DNA of 64,000 bases from an uncultured Solirubrobacteraceae bacterium (GCA_963756205.1 CAVWMU010000015.1:16192-80191); one strand, 5' to 3'; shown: positions 28,270-40,571, numbered from the stretch's first letter. The notes: a model not told the origin generated them from the letters alone. A program made the numbers and translations.

Positions 28270-29334
28270 TCAGAACAGGCTCTGCTGTCGAGAGCTCGGG
28301 TTCGCGCCACTCTCGATCGTCGTGTACTCATCCGACGGGGCGCGGAGCCGAAACGCACTCGGCGCTCCCCCACGCCGAACCAGCCGCGCAAGGCGCGCGC
28401 GTTCGTCTGCAGGCGCATACGCGCGCCGGCGGTAGAGCTCCTCGTAGCGGGAAACGAGGTCCGGCCGCTGGGAGCGAAGCCAGTCCATGAACACCGTGCG
28501 CACCTCGCCGCGCAGGTGCAGGGTCACGCCGCCGATGCTCGTCGCGCCGGCCTGTGTCGCCAAGTCCAGCAGCGGCTCAATCTGGTGCGGCGCGTCGTTG
28601 ATCCCAGGCATCAGCGGCGCGATCAGCACGCCCGTCGGGATGCCCGCCCGGTTGAGCTCCGCGACCGCCTCCAGGCGCGCGCGGGGGCTCGGCGTGTGCG
28701 GCTCGGTCGCTCGCCACGCCTTCTCGTCGAGCGTCGGGATCGACAGGCACGCGCTGAAGCTCGCGCGCTGGGCGATCTGGAGCATCAGCGGCAGGTCGCG
28801 CAGCAGCAGCGGCGACTTCGTCAGCACCGAGCAGGGATTGGCCGCGTCGCGCAGCGCTTCCCAGATGCCCTCCATCAGCCGGTAGCGGCTCTCCACCCAC
28901 TGGTACGGGTCGGTGTTCGTCCCCAGCGCCACGTGCTCGCGCTTCCAGGACCGCCGCGCGAGCTCCACGCGCAGCACCTCCGGCGCGTTCACCTTCACCA
29001 CGATCTCGCGCTCGAAGTCGCGGCCGGGGTTGAAGTCGAGGTACTTGTGGGTGGGGCGAGCGAAGCAGTAGGCGCATGCGTGAGAGCAGCCCCGATACGG
29101 GTTGATCGTCCAGCGGAACGGCATCCGCGATCGCTCGGGCACGCGGTTGAGCACCGACTTGGCGTGGACCTCGTAGAAGCGCATGTCGAGCGCCTCGGGC
29201 GCCTCGAATCTACGCACGGACGCCGGGTCGCGGTAGCCGGGCAGCTGCCGCTGGCCGAAACGGGGATGCTCGCCATCGGCGAGCGTCTCCCGGCTTCGGT
29301 CCTCGCCGTCGAGCGTGAGGTTGCTCCAGCGCAC
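28270..29334 (-). CDS. Rv2578c/SplB-like radical SAM protein
   Basis: INPYRGCSHACAYCFAR (CxxxCxxC), GTNTDPYQ, LTK, APLMPGIND. Confidence 0.92.
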   Translation of the reverse strand: MRWSNLTLDGEDRSRETLADGEHPRFGQRQLPGYRDPASVRRFEAPEALDMRFYEVHAKSVLNRVPERSRMPFRWTINPYRGCSHACAYCFARPTHKYLDFNPGRDFEREIVVKVNAPEVLRVELARRSWKREHVALGTNTDPYQWVESRYRLMEGIWEALRDAANPCSVLTKSPLLLRDLPLMLQIAQRASFSACLSIPTLDEKAWRATEPHTPSPRARLEAVAELNRAGIPTGVLIAPLMPGINDAPHQIEPLLDLATQAGATSIGGVTLHLRGEVRTVFMDWLRSQRPDLVSRYEELYRRRAYAPADERARLARLVRRGGAPSAFRLRAPSDEYTTIESGANPSSRQQSLF

Positions 29335-29347
29335 GAACATATGTTCG
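29334..29347. promoter_or_regulatory. LexA (SOS) box overlapping the radical SAM gene start
   Basis: CGAAC-ATAT-GTTCG is a perfect Gram-positive/actinobacterial consensus. Confidence 0.88.
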
Positions 29348-29461
29348 CATCACGGCCAGACGAGTGCCCTTACACAAGCCCTACACACACCTGCGCTCGC
29401 GCTTAGCGTCCTCGCCCACCATGGTCGGCACACCCCCACCCGACCCAGGAGGACCAATCCG

Positions 29462-29779
29462 ATGAACATCTCAAGACTGCTCGGCGCGACCATGGTCGCG
29501 GGCGCGCTCGCCACCGGCGGCGCGGCCGCGGGCATCGCAAGCGCGGGCGCCGCGACGACCACGCAGAGCACGACCACAACCAGCACGCCCACGACCTCGA
29601 CACCGTCGAGCACATCGACGACGCCGAACACGTCCACGACGCCGAGCACTCCGGCGCCGTCCCAGAAATCGGGCTCGCCGAGCGGAAAGCCCTGCCCGAA
29701 CATGGGCTCCAGCTCGAGCGGGAGCTCGAGCTCGGGCGCCAGCTACGCGCCCGGCCCGGCGGGCGCGACCGCCCAGTGA
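29462..29779 (+). CDS. Small secreted Ser/Thr-rich protein
   Basis: AGGAGG RBS, signal peptide, S/T/P low-complexity region, CPNM motif. Confidence 0.7.
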   Translation: MNISRLLGATMVAGALATGGAAAGIASAGAATTTQSTTTTSTPTTSTPSSTSTTPNTSTTPSTPAPSQKSGSPSGKPCPNMGSSSSGSSSSGASYAPGPAGATAQ

Positions 29780-29959
29780 TCGCCTGCCGGCACGGGCCGG
29801 CGAGGTAGGTTCGACGGGGTGGGACCAGCGCGGTCCCACCCCGTCGCGCATGATCGGTAGTCGGTTTCCGCATCATGCGGGTTTCTACGGTCATCAACGA
29901 ACGTCCACCCTGCCAGGGGGCGGTAATCGTCAGCCGTGCGCCGGTCGAGCGAATAGCCG

Positions 29960-31063
29960 GTGACCCCCGCTCGCCCTCCGTACCCCGCACACAGGCCCAA
30001 GAGCAGGTCGTCGTGGCTGTGCCGCAGCGACGCCGACCGGGAGCGCATGCTCGACATGGAGCAGCGGGTGCGCCCGGTCAGGCGCAGGGCCTTCGTGATC
30101 CTGGCGGTGGCGATCGCGGGCGCCGGCCCATGGGTGGGATGGTGGCCGCTGCTCTTCCTGATCCCGTCGCTCGCGTGCTTCGCCGCCGCCGACCACTTCC
30201 TGACGCGCGTCGCTCGCCCCGAGCTCGTGATGTTCGCGGCCTGGATCGGCAGCGAGCTGACGATCGCGGGGGCGATCTCACTCGAGGGCGGCACACACGT
30301 GGTCGCCCTGTCGTGGCTCGCGATCCCGGTGATAACGCTCAGCTCGCGCTTCTCGATGCGCGGTGTCGTCGCGGGCGTCGCGATCGCGCTCGTGCTCCTG
30401 CTCGCCGTCTGTTTCGGGGTGCAGACGCACACGGTCCTCGAAAGCCCCCAGATCGTGATCGCCCCCCTCGCGCTGATCCTGTGCGTGGCGGTTCTCTCCA
30501 CGCCGCTGATGCGCTCGGACATCGAGCACCGCAGCGACGCCGTCATCGACCAGCTCACCGGGATGCTCAACCGCAAGGCGCTCGGCGCGCGCACGCACGA
30601 GCTGGCGCAGCAGTCGGAGGTCACGGGCGAGCCCGTCGGGGTGATCGTCGCCGATCTCGACCACTTCAAGAACATCAACGACACCCGCGGGCATGCCACC
30701 GGCGACGCGGTGCTCAAGGAAGTCGCCTACCAGCTGCGCAAGCAGCTGCGCGCGTTCGACCTCGCCTACCGTCTCGGCGGCGAGGAGTTCCTGATCCTCG
30801 TGCCGGGATCGGACCTCGAGCGCACCGTCGAGCTGGCCGACCGCCTGCGCGAGGGCGTCGCCGCCAATCCCGTCGGCGGCGGGCTGTCGGTCACGATGAG
30901 CGTCGGCGTCGGCGCCTCCGCGCAGATGCAGCGCTTCGACTACGCCGCCGTGTTCGCCGAGGCAGACGCCGCCCTCTACCGCGCCAAGCGCGCCGGGCGC
31001 AACCGCGTGTGCGTAGCCTCAGAGCTCGATCACGCTGCGGATGCCGTCCTGAGCCTCCATTAG
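29960..31063 (+). CDS. Membrane-bound diguanylate cyclase
   Basis: Several TM helices, DQLTGMLNR, DLDHFKNINDTRGH, RLGGEEF. Confidence 0.93.
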   Translation: MTPARPPYPAHRPKSRSSWLCRSDADRERMLDMEQRVRPVRRRAFVILAVAIAGAGPWVGWWPLLFLIPSLACFAAADHFLTRVARPELVMFAAWIGSELTIAGAISLEGGTHVVALSWLAIPVITLSSRFSMRGVVAGVAIALVLLLAVCFGVQTHTVLESPQIVIAPLALILCVAVLSTPLMRSDIEHRSDAVIDQLTGMLNRKALGARTHELAQQSEVTGEPVGVIVADLDHFKNINDTRGHATGDAVLKEVAYQLRKQLRAFDLAYRLGGEEFLILVPGSDLERTVELADRLREGVAANPVGGGLSVTMSVGVGASAQMQRFDYAAVFAEADAALYRAKRAGRNRVCVASELDHAADAVLSLH

Positions 31064-32134
31064 CTCAAATCCGCGGTTGATCTCATCCAGGCGCAGGCGG
31101 TGGGAGATGAACGGGTCGACGTCGATCTCGCCCGTCGAGGTAGAGCTCCACGAGCTGCGGGCACCTGGTCGCGTCCCTTCACGCCGCCGAAGGATGAGCC
31201 GCATATGCGCCGGCCGGTGATCAGGTAGGCGCGGGACGATGTCGAGCGTCTCGCCGCGCCCGGCGACCCCGCAGACCGTGCACAGGCCCCAGCCCATGCG
31301 CGCGGCCTCGACCGCCTGGCGCATCACCGCCACGCTGCCGGTCGCCTCGAAGGTGTAGTCGGCGCCGAAGCCACCGGTCATCTCGAGGATCCGCTGCGAC
31401 CGTGTCCTCGCCCGCCGTCCAGCAGGTCGGTGGCGCCCTGGCCGCGCGCGAGCTCCAGCCGCTCGGGCGAGAGGTCGACGCAGACGATCCGCTCGGCGCC
31501 CTGCAGGCGGCAGCCGGCGACCGCCCCGAGCCCGACCATGCCCGGCGCCGAACACGACGCAGGTCGAGCCCGCCGTGACCTTCGCGGTGTTGATCGCGGC
31601 GCCGAGGCCCGTCGAGAGCCCGCACGCGAACAGCGCAGGCGCGGTCCAGCGGCGCCTCCGGGGCGACCTTCGCGCAGCGCGATCTCCGGCATCACCGTGT
31701 ACTCCGCGAACGTGCGAGGTGCCCATGAAGTGGCGCAGCGGCTCGCCGTCGCGCGAGAGGCGCGTCGTGCCGTCTGGGAGGTAGCCCTGGTTCTGCTGCT
31801 CGCGGATCGCAAGGCAGAGGTTCGTCAGCGGGCTGCGGCAGTGCACGCACTCGCCGCACTGGGGCGAGAACAGCGTCACGACGTGGTCGCCCGTCACGCA
31901 CGAGCGTCGACGCCGTCGCCGACAGCGCTCGACGACGCCCGCGCCCTCGTGGCCCAGCACCGTCGGCGCGTAGCCGGAGGGGTCGGCGCCCGAGGCCGTG
32001 TACATGTCGGTGTGGCACACGCCGCACGCCACCAGGCGCACGAGCACCTCGCCCGGGCCCGGCTCGGCCAGCTCGAGCTCCTGCACGACCAGCGGCTTGG
32101 CGAACTCCTCGAGGACCGCGGCGCGGATCTTCAT
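31019..32134 (-). CDS. Zn-dependent class III-like alcohol/formaldehyde dehydrogenase, frameshifted
   Basis: GVCHTD, LGHEGAG, CGECVHC…[18 protein letters not shown]. Confidence 0.88.
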   Translation of the reverse strand: MKIRAAVLEEFAKPLVVQELELAEPGPGEVLVRLVACGVCHTDMYTASGADPSGYAPTVLGHEGAGVVERCRRRRRRSCVTGDHVVTLFSPQCGECVHCRSPLTNLCLAIREQQNQGYLPDGTTRLSRDGEPLRHFMGTSHVRGVHGDAGDRAARRSPRRRRWTAPALFACGLSTGLGAAINTAKVTAGSTCVVFGAGHGRARGGRRLPPAGRRADRLRRPLARAAGARARPGRHRPAGRRARTRSQRILEMTGGFGADYTFEATGSVAVMRQAVEAARMGWGLCTVCGVAGRGETLDIVPRLPDHRPAHMRLILRRREGTRPGARSSWSSTSTGEIDVDPFISHRLRLDEINRGFELMEAQDGIRSVIEL

Positions 32135-32138
32135 CGGC

Positions 32139-33465
32139 TCAGCTCGCCGTCCGCGCCAGCAAACGCTCCTCGCCGCCCAGCGTCTGGCTGGTGGCGCTCA
32201 TGATCTCCACCTCGGTCAGCTCGCCGGGGGCCGCGAGGCCGGTGAAGTTGACGGCCTTGTTGTGGCGCGTGCGCCCGCGCAGGCGGTCGGGGTCGGTGCG
32301 CGAGGCGCCTTCCACGAGCACCTCCAGCGTGCGCCCCACGAAGCGCTGGGCGCGCTCGCGCGCCTTGCGCTGGACGACCTCCACGAGCTCCTGCATCCGC
32401 TCCACCTTCACCGGATGCGGAACCAGCCCCTCGGTGATGCTCGCCGCCGCGGTGCCGCGCCGCGGCGAGAAGATGAACGTGAACGCGCTGTCGTAGCCGA
32501 CCTCCTCGACCACCTCGAGCGTCTCGCTCGAAGTCCGCGTCGGTCTCGCCCGGGAAGCCGACGATGATGTCCGTCGTCAGCGCCGCGTCGGGGACGTGCT
32601 CGCGGATCAGCGCCACGCGGTCGAGGTAGCGCTCGCGGTCGTAGGTGCGGCGCATCGCCTTCAGGATACGGCTGGAGCCCGACTGCAGCGGCAGGTGGAT
32701 GTGCTCGCAGAGGCTCGTCGAGCTCCGCGTGCGCGCGGATCACGTCCTCGCGCATGTCCTTCGGGTGCGGGCTCGTGTAGCGGATGCGCTCGATGCCGTC
32801 GATCGCGTCGATCGCGCCCAGCAGCTCGCGCGAAGCTCGGGCTGCGCTCGCGCAGGTCGCGTCCGTAGGAGTTGACGTTCTGCCCGAGCAGCGTCACCTC
32901 GCTGACGCCGTCGGCGGCCATCGCCCGCACCTCGTCGACGAGCTCCTCCGGGCGGACGGCTGACCTCGCGCCCGCGGGTTGACGGCACGATGCAGTACGA
33001 GCACGCGCAGTTGCAGCCGACGCTGATCTGCACCCAGCCCTGGAACGGGCGCTCGCGGCGCGCGGGCAGGTGGCCGGTGAAGCCCTCGAACTCGAAGTAG
33101 CCCTGCGCGGTGAGCGAGTCGCTGGTGAGGAACTCCGCGAGCTTGTGCACCTGGCCCGGCCCGAACGCCACGTCCACGAACGGGAAGCGCTCGAACACCT
33201 CCTCCTTGACCGACTGCGCCCAGCAGCCGCCCACGCCGACGATCCGCTCGGGTCGTTCGCGCTTCAGGCGCTTGGCCTCGCCCAGGTGCGCGACGAAGCG
33301 GCTGTCCGCGGACTCGCGGATCGAGCACGTGTTGAACAGGATCAGGTCGGCCTCGCCGCGCTCGGCCGCCTCCGCGTAGCCGAGCGACTCGAGCATCCCC
33401 TTCATCCGCTCGGAGTCGTGCTCGTTCATCTGGCAGCCGAAGGTCGTGACGTGGTAGCGCCTCAT
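32139..33465 (-). CDS. miaB: tRNA methylthiotransferase MiaB, frameshifted
   Basis: [55 protein letters not shown]-like C-terminus. Confidence 0.95.
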
Positions 33466-33532
33466 GGCGACAGGGTACCCCGCACGAATGCGCAGACCGC
33501 AACACCCGGCCGTGCGCCGGGTTGCGTCAATC

Positions 33533-36500
33533 ATGAACTCCAACGCGCCGATCGCGCTCGCGGTCGCGCTGGCGATCGCCGTGGGCGCGGCGCTCGCGCC
33601 GGCGCCCGCCGCGGCCGAGCCGTCGCTGAGCTGGTCGAAACCGGCGACGTTCGACTCCGGCAGGACCCCGAGCGGTGTCTCTTGCGCGTCCGAATACCTG
33701 TGCGCCGCCGTCGACGAACAGGGGCACGCGTTCAGCACGACCGAACCTACGGCCGCGAGCCCGTCGTGGCACGAAGCCGAACCGGACAGCGGCGGGGCGT
33801 TGAACGCCGTGTCGTGCGCCCCGGGCGGTCCGTGCGTGGCGGTCGACGGCGAAGGGCGCGCGTACGTGAGCGTGGGCGCGAACGCGTCGGCCTGGTCAGC
33901 AACGACTGTTCCTGACGGTGGCAAGGAGCTAACGGGCGTCTCGTGCCCGACCGCATCCTTCTGCGTGGCGGTCGACAAGGAAGGCGACGTCGCCACCACC
34001 AACCCTGAATCGCGCGTCTGGACGCTCGCGAGCAGCCACCCCGGCCACCACCTGACGGCTGTGTCGTGCTCCTCGCCGTCGCTGTGCGTGGCAGTCGACG
34101 GCAGCGGCTACGTGCTCTCGAGCAAAGAACCCACGGGCAACGCAGCGGCGTGGCACGTGCAGCAGATCGACTCTGCGGGCTTGCTCGCGGTGTCCTGCTC
34201 GGCGGCAGGTGCCTGCGTGGCGGTCGACGGCGCCGGCAACGCGTTCGCAAGCACAGATCCGGTGGCTTCCGCGCCGACCTGGAGCCTCACGCCGATCGAC
34301 ACCGAACCGCTCGCCGCGGTCTCGTGTGCATCCTCAGGGCTGTGCGTCGCGGTGGACAGCCACGGCGGGGCGCGGGCCGGCGACGACCCCGCCGCGCCGA
34401 TCCCGGCGTGGAGCGAATCGGGCCCCGACTCTGACCCGCTCACGGGCGTCTCGTGCCTGCCGGGCGGCTTCTGCATGGCGGTGGACGCGAGCGGGCGCTT
34501 CGTCTCGGGTCGGGTGCTGGCGCCGGACGCGACGACATCGATCCCTCCGGTGGTCACCGACGCGAGCGCGACGCTCGCGGGCGTGGTCGACCCGAATGAC
34601 GCGGTGCTCGGCGCGTGCACGTTCGAATACGGAGCCGGCGGGGTTGGCGGGCCGTACAGCCAGTCGATTCCGTGCTCCTCGCCATTGCCGGCGGCGGGCG
34701 GGGGCGCTCAGGTGGTCTCCGCGCAGCTGTCGGGGCTCTCCCCGAACACGACCTACCACTACCGCGTGCTGGCCTCCAGCCCGTCAGGGACGACGGTGGC
34801 CGCCGGCGTGGCGTTCACGACCGGGATCTCCTCCGAAGTGGCGATCATCCATCCGCACCCTTCGATCACAGGCACGCCCGCCAACGGCCAGCTGCTCATG
34901 TGCCATGCAGGCACGCCGGCGCACAGCACGGCGCAGCTCGCGTACGCGTGGCTGCGCGATCTGATCCCGATCGCGGGGGCCGACGGCTCGACCTACCCGG
35001 TCAAAGGCCAGGACACTGGCCACCACCTCCAATGCCAGGTCACCGCGACCGACGGCGGCGGGAGCGCGACGGCGAGCAGCGCGTTCGTGACGATCCCCGT
35101 CGGGGGCGCGCCGGCGTCCGCCGGCGAGACCGCGGTCGGCACGGCCGCCTTCAGGAGCGGAAGGGCGAGCGTGCCGATCACGTGCTCGGCGCAGGCGAGC
35201 GGCGGCTGCGAGGTGGCGCTGCGCCTGACGACCGTCGAGACGCTCAGCGGCGGCCGCATCGTGGCGGTCGCGGCGCGCGCGCAGCGCAGCGCCCATGGCA
35301 GCGCCGCAGCGCTGCGCCACCGCACGGTGACGCTCGCGAGCGTCCGCGCGCACCTCGCGCCGGGTGCGCACACGACCGTCGTCGCCGCCCTCGATGCGAC
35401 CGGCAGGCGGCTGCTGGCGTCCGAGCGGCGCTTCACCGCGAACGTGTATGTGGCCGGCACGGTGATCGGCGTGATCGAAGCGCAGCTCGCCCAGCAGCTG
35501 ATCACGCTCAGCGGCTCCTCTCACGCCGCCTCCGCGCATGGCTTGCGCAACCCGATCGCGGCGGGTGCGTCACGGGCGCCGGCGGGCGTCCTGGCGGCGA
35601 CCCCGTACATGGGTTGGGACACGTACCTCGCCTTCGGCGGCTCCTACAGCGAGGCGACGGTCCTGCGCCAAGCGAGCGAGCTGATCTCGCTGGGCCTCGA
35701 GCGGCGGGGCTACCGCTACGTGTGGCTGGACGTCGGCTGGTGGCACGGGACGCGCAACGCCGACGGCGAAATCACCGTCAGCCCCAGGCAGTGGCCGCAC
35801 GGCCTTGCGTGGCTGACGCGCACGCTGCACGCGGCCGGCTTCCTCGTCGGCCTGTACACCGACGCAGGCCCCAACGGCTGCGGCGGCGCAGGACAGGGCA
35901 GCTACGGCCACTACCAGCAGGACGTGAACACGTTCGCGGCGTGGGGCTTTGACGCGGTGAAGGTCGACTTCTGCGGCGGCGCCGAACACCACCTCGAACC
36001 GGCGGCCGCGTACTCCGCGTTCCACGCGGCGATCGAGGCGAACTCGAGCCGCCGGCCGATGCTGCTGTCGATCTGCGACTTCCTGCAGCCGGAACAGTAC
36101 GGCGAAGGCAGGCCGCCGCTGGAGGAATCGGCGTTCTCCTCCTACAGCTTCGGCCCGAGCGTCGGCAACAGCTGGCGCACCGACACCGACGTGGGCTTCC
36201 CCGGCAACGTGCCGTTCGCGGACGTGCTGCGCAACATCGACGCCGATGCGGCCGCGCCGCAGGCGGCGGGCCCGGGCCACTGGAACGACCCCGACTACCT
36301 CGCCCCCGACCAGGGGATGTCCGCCGCCCAGTTCCGCACGCAGCTGAGCATGTGGTCGATGCTCGCGGCGCCGCTGATGATCAGTTACAACCTCACCAGG
36401 ATCAGCGCGGCGAGCCTGGCGGCGGTGCAAAACAGCGAAGTGATCGCGATCGACCAGGACCCAGCCGGGGTGCAGGGCACGCTGCTGTCCTCCTCGGGCA

Positions 36501-36733
36501 ACGGCGAGGTGTGGGTCAAGCCGCTCGTCGACGGCTCGCGCGCGGTCGCGCTGCTCAACCGCGGCTCGAGCGCTAGGCGGATCGCGACGAGCGCGAGCGC
36601 CGTGGGGCTGCCGTCAGCGCCGAGCTACGGGGTGCGCAACGTGTGGACGCACGGCTCGAGCTCGACCGGGGGCGCGATCAGCGCGGAGGTGCCAGGCGAC
36701 AGCACGGTGCTGCTGCGGGTTTCGGCGCGGTAG
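33533..36733 (+). CDS. Secreted multidomain protein: Cys-repeat propeller + FN3/Ig-like + GH27 glycosidase
   Basis: Signal peptide; seven VSC-x4-C(V/A/M)AVD repeats; LSPNTTYHYRV; GH27 motifs TPYMGW, WLDVGW, KVDFC, SWRT, GHWNDPD, AIDQDP. Confidence 0.85.
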   Translation: MNSNAPIALAVALAIAVGAALAPAPAAAEPSLSWSKPATFDSGRTPSGVSCASEYLCAAVDEQGHAFSTTEPTAASPSWHEAEPDSGGALNAVSCAPGGPCVAVDGEGRAYVSVGANASAWSATTVPDGGKELTGVSCPTASFCVAVDKEGDVATTNPESRVWTLASSHPGHHLTAVSCSSPSLCVAVDGSGYVLSSKEPTGNAAAWHVQQIDSAGLLAVSCSAAGACVAVDGAGNAFASTDPVASAPTWSLTPIDTEPLAAVSCASSGLCVAVDSHGGARAGDDPAAPIPAWSESGPDSDPLTGVSCLPGGFCMAVDASGRFVSGRVLAPDATTSIPPVVTDASATLAGVVDPNDAVLGACTFEYGAGGVGGPYSQSIPCSSPLPAAGGGAQVVSAQLSGLSPNTTYHYRVLASSPSGTTVAAGVAFTTGISSEVAIIHPHPSITGTPANGQLLMCHAGTPAHSTAQLAYAWLRDLIPIAGADGSTYPVKGQDTGHHLQCQVTATDGGGSATASSAFVTIPVGGAPASAGETAVGTAAFRSGRASVPITCSAQASGGCEVALRLTTVETLSGGRIVAVAARAQRSAHGSAAALRHRTVTLASVRAHLAPGAHTTVVAALDATGRRLLASERRFTANVYVAGTVIGVIEAQLAQQLITLSGSSHAASAHGLRNPIAAGASRAPAGVLAATPYMGWDTYLAFGGSYSEATVLRQASELISLGLERRGYRYVWLDVGWWHGTRNADGEITVSPRQWPHGLAWLTRTLHAAGFLVGLYTDAGPNGCGGAGQGSYGHYQQDVNTFAAWGFDAVKVDFCGGAEHHLEPAAAYSAFHAAIEANSSRRPMLLSICDFLQPEQYGEGRPPLEESAFSSYSFGPSVGNSWRTDTDVGFPGNVPFADVLRNIDADAAAPQAAGPGHWNDPDYLAPDQGMSAAQFRTQLSMWSMLAAPLMISYNLTRISAASLAAVQNSEVIAIDQDPAGVQGTLLSSSGNGEVWVKPLVDGSRAVALLNRGSSARRIATSASAVGLPSAPSYGVRNVWTHGSSSTGGAISAEVPGDSTVLLRVSAR

Positions 36734-36792
36734 CGTCGCACCGCAGCGCGCTGCGCACTTGCCATGAGCGCTCACGCGGTCGGACCCTCCGC

Positions 36793-38931
36793 TCATTCGC
36801 CTTCCGTCGCGTCGGTAGTGAATGCCTGGTCTTCGCCGTAGCTGGTGCCGCTCGGGCTGCTCGCGACGATGCGGAAGTGGTAGGTCGTGTCGGCGCGCAG
36901 TCCTTCTGTGATCGCAGCAGAGATCGCCGTCACATCGGTGGTGCCCGACAATTCCAGGAACGAGGGGCATTCCGTCGCTTCGGTATAGCTGGTCGTCGTT
37001 CCCCATTCGAAGTAGCACGCTTCGATTTCTTCGCCATTTGGGTTGACCGTCGCATTCAGCGTCGCCGAGGTCTGTGTGATCGCCGATGCTTCCTCGGTGA
37101 CAACCGCGGGTGGGTGGCCAGGCGGCGTCGTGAACGTCTCGTATCTGCCATAGCTCGTGCCCGCCAGGTTGCCGGCGACGAGCCGGAACTCGTAGGTCGT
37201 GTTCGGAGTGAGTTCGGTGACGACTGCGTAGGCGTCCGGGTCATACAGAGGCTGGAGACACGGTACCCACCCCGAGTCATGGGGTCCGTCGTACTGGAAG
37301 TAGCATTCCCCGATTTCCTGCTTGGATTCTTCGCAGCCCCCGCAGGGCCCGTACTTTTCGATGTACCCGACCATTTCTGCCGAGGTAGGTGAAAGGGCTT
37401 CGGCCCCCAATGTGAAGACGGTCAGTTCTTCGGGGAGCTGGGGTTCTGTCGTGAACGTCCCTTCGGCTTCGCTCACGCCGGCTGCGTTGATAGCCCGTAC
37501 CACGAAGGTGTAGGTCGTGCCCGGCACCAGGGCTTCCCGGCCTCCCACGCCGACCGTTGCGTAGACTGCCACCGGGCTGGTGCCCGAGCCTGGCAGGCGG
37601 TCGCACGGCGCCGATCCAGACCCATGTCTTCCAAACCCATAGTATTCGAAGTCGCATTCTGTGACTTCTGTGCCATTGGGGTTCACCGTCGCGTACAACG
37701 TGGCCCTGGTTTCACCCGCCGACGCTCCCTTGACGACAACCGTCGGGGGGTCCAGGTTTCCGAACGTCCGATCGGAGCCGTAGCTCTTGCCAGTAGAGTT
37801 GCCGGCGACGATCCGGAAGTGGTATTCGGAACTGTCCGTCAGGCCGCTGATCGACGCGGAAACCGCCACCGGGAGGCGCCCAGACCCCGGTGACTGACTA
37901 CACGGCGCGCTGTGCCCATAGGAGGGCGTGGCGCCGTATTCGAGCTCGCACGCGTTGACCGGCGCGCCGTTGGGATTCACGCTCGCGTTCAGGGTCGCCG
38001 AACCTCCTGTGATCGAAGACGCCGACCCAGTGACCACCGTCGGCGGCTGCTGATAGGTGAACTCGTCGACGGGCGTTCTAGGGCTGACCACGTCGTGGAC
38101 GGTCGCCGTCACATTCACGGTCGTCCCTGCTTCGCCCGGCGGTGAGATGACGGCGCATTCCGTCGTCGTCGTGCAGTCGACCGCGGCGCCCTCCGCCGGC
38201 CCGAATTTGAGGTGCGTCGCGCCAGCCCCGAGCGCGAAGCCGGTGCCCCTGACGGTCACCGCCGTACCGCCGGCAGCAGGCCCGCCGCTTGGGCTCACAT
38301 ACGTGACGGTGGGCGTGAATTTAAAGGTGTCATGCGTTGAGGTCGGACTGGTGCCCTCCGGAGTCGTCACCGTAATGTGGACCTTGCCGATCACCTCTGG
38401 CGGTGACACCGCGGTGATCGAGGTGTCCGAGCTCACGGCGAAGCTGCTGGCCGCGGTCGAGCCGAACTCGACCGCCATGGCCCCGGCGAGGTCGACGCCG
38501 GTGATGGTCACAGCGGTGCCGCCTCCCAGGGGACCGCTGCCGGGCGCAACCCCGGTCACGACGGGCAGGTACGCGAACTGATCGCCCGTGAGAGTACCGC
38601 TCGTGCCCGCCGGGGTCGTCACCGTCACATACACCGTGCCGGTTCCCGGCGGTGAGGTGGCGACGATCGACGTCGCCGACTTCACCGTAAAGCCGACGGC
38701 ATTGGTGGAGCCGAATCTGACCGCCGTCGCCCCTGTGAGGTCGGTGCCCCTTATGTGGACCGTGGTCCCTCCGGTCGCCGGGCCAGCCGCTGGGTTCACG
38801 CTCTTGACCGTGAGCGGCGGGTTGACGGCGTATGCCGCATTGCTGCTCAAGATAGCCAGGCCGCTCGAGAGCAGCGCTCCTGCGAGAAACCAGCGCCACC
38901 GCGGCGCGAGGTGTGCGAGAACGGTCGACAT
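36793..38931 (-). CDS. Secreted IPT/TIG + FN3-like repeat protein
   Basis: Three P-x-G-P-x-x-GGT-V-I-G IPT repeats and four ATLNAxVNPNG…TYxFR modules. Confidence 0.85.
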   Translation of the reverse strand: MSTVLAHLAPRWRWFLAGALLSSGLAILSSNAAYAVNPPLTVKSVNPAAGPATGGTTVHIRGTDLTGATAVRFGSTNAVGFTVKSATSIVATSPPGTGTVYVTVTTPAGTSGTLTGDQFAYLPVVTGVAPGSGPLGGGTAVTITGVDLAGAMAVEFGSTAASSFAVSSDTSITAVSPPEVIGKVHITVTTPEGTSPTSTHDTFKFTPTVTYVSPSGGPAAGGTAVTVRGTGFALGAGATHLKFGPAEGAAVDCTTTTECAVISPPGEAGTTVNVTATVHDVVSPRTPVDEFTYQQPPTVVTGSASSITGGSATLNASVNPNGAPVNACELEYGATPSYGHSAPCSQSPGSGRLPVAVSASISGLTDSSEYHFRIVAGNSTGKSYGSDRTFGNLDPPTVVVKGASAGETRATLYATVNPNGTEVTECDFEYYGFGRHGSGSAPCDRLPGSGTSPVAVYATVGVGGREALVPGTTYTFVVRAINAAGVSEAEGTFTTEPQLPEELTVFTLGAEALSPTSAEMVGYIEKYGPCGGCEESKQEIGECYFQYDGPHDSGWVPCLQPLYDPDAYAVVTELTPNTTYEFRLVAGNLAGTSYGRYETFTTPPGHPPAVVTEEASAITQTSATLNATVNPNGEEIEACYFEWGTTTSYTEATECPSFLELSGTTDVTAISAAITEGLRADTTYHFRIVASSPSGTSYGEDQAFTTDATEGE

Positions 38932-39232
38932 CGCCAAGTCTCCTTCAGGTCCGGGGAGACAGACGCTACGCCAGCTCTCATCCGCCGCCAACCGCAGAAT
39001 GCTGCAAGCACGCTGCGGGAACTACGCACGCACCTCCGGGACTCGTCGGGGACGCCAAATCGCCGAACTACACCGCCTAGCAGGTGGTGGACCAAGCGCG
39101 GCCAGGACGCACCCCTCCGGGCACAGGCAGCGCGCGTGGCGTGCGAGTAGCACGCGAGCAACGAGGACGCCACCTTCGCCTATGCCCTACGGGTACGCCG
39201 TGTCCACGACCTGCCTGTGCCCCGGAGGGGTG

Positions 39233-40332
<1,100 letters not shown>

Positions 40333-40391
40333 GGTCTGACTCCTCTGGTTCGAAATGGGCAGGGGAAGTTAGACGCCGCTCCGGACGGAAT

Positions 40392-40405
40392 AGAACATTT
40401 GTTCG
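40392..40405. promoter_or_regulatory. LexA (SOS) box upstream of recA
   Basis: AGAAC-ATTT-GTTCG, about 60 bp upstream of the recA ATG. Confidence 0.88.
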
Positions 40406-40571
40406 TATCGACCGCTCCTCGCGCGCGCCGCGATCCGCGGCCGACACCGCCGCTGCCGGCACCGCGCGGCCCGGGCCCTTCGTCCAAAAGGGGCCGCAGC
40501 GGCTCGCGTCGCCGGCCCGATTTGACGATGACCCCACAGAGCATCCACCGCCGCACCGCTCTCCGAACGCC

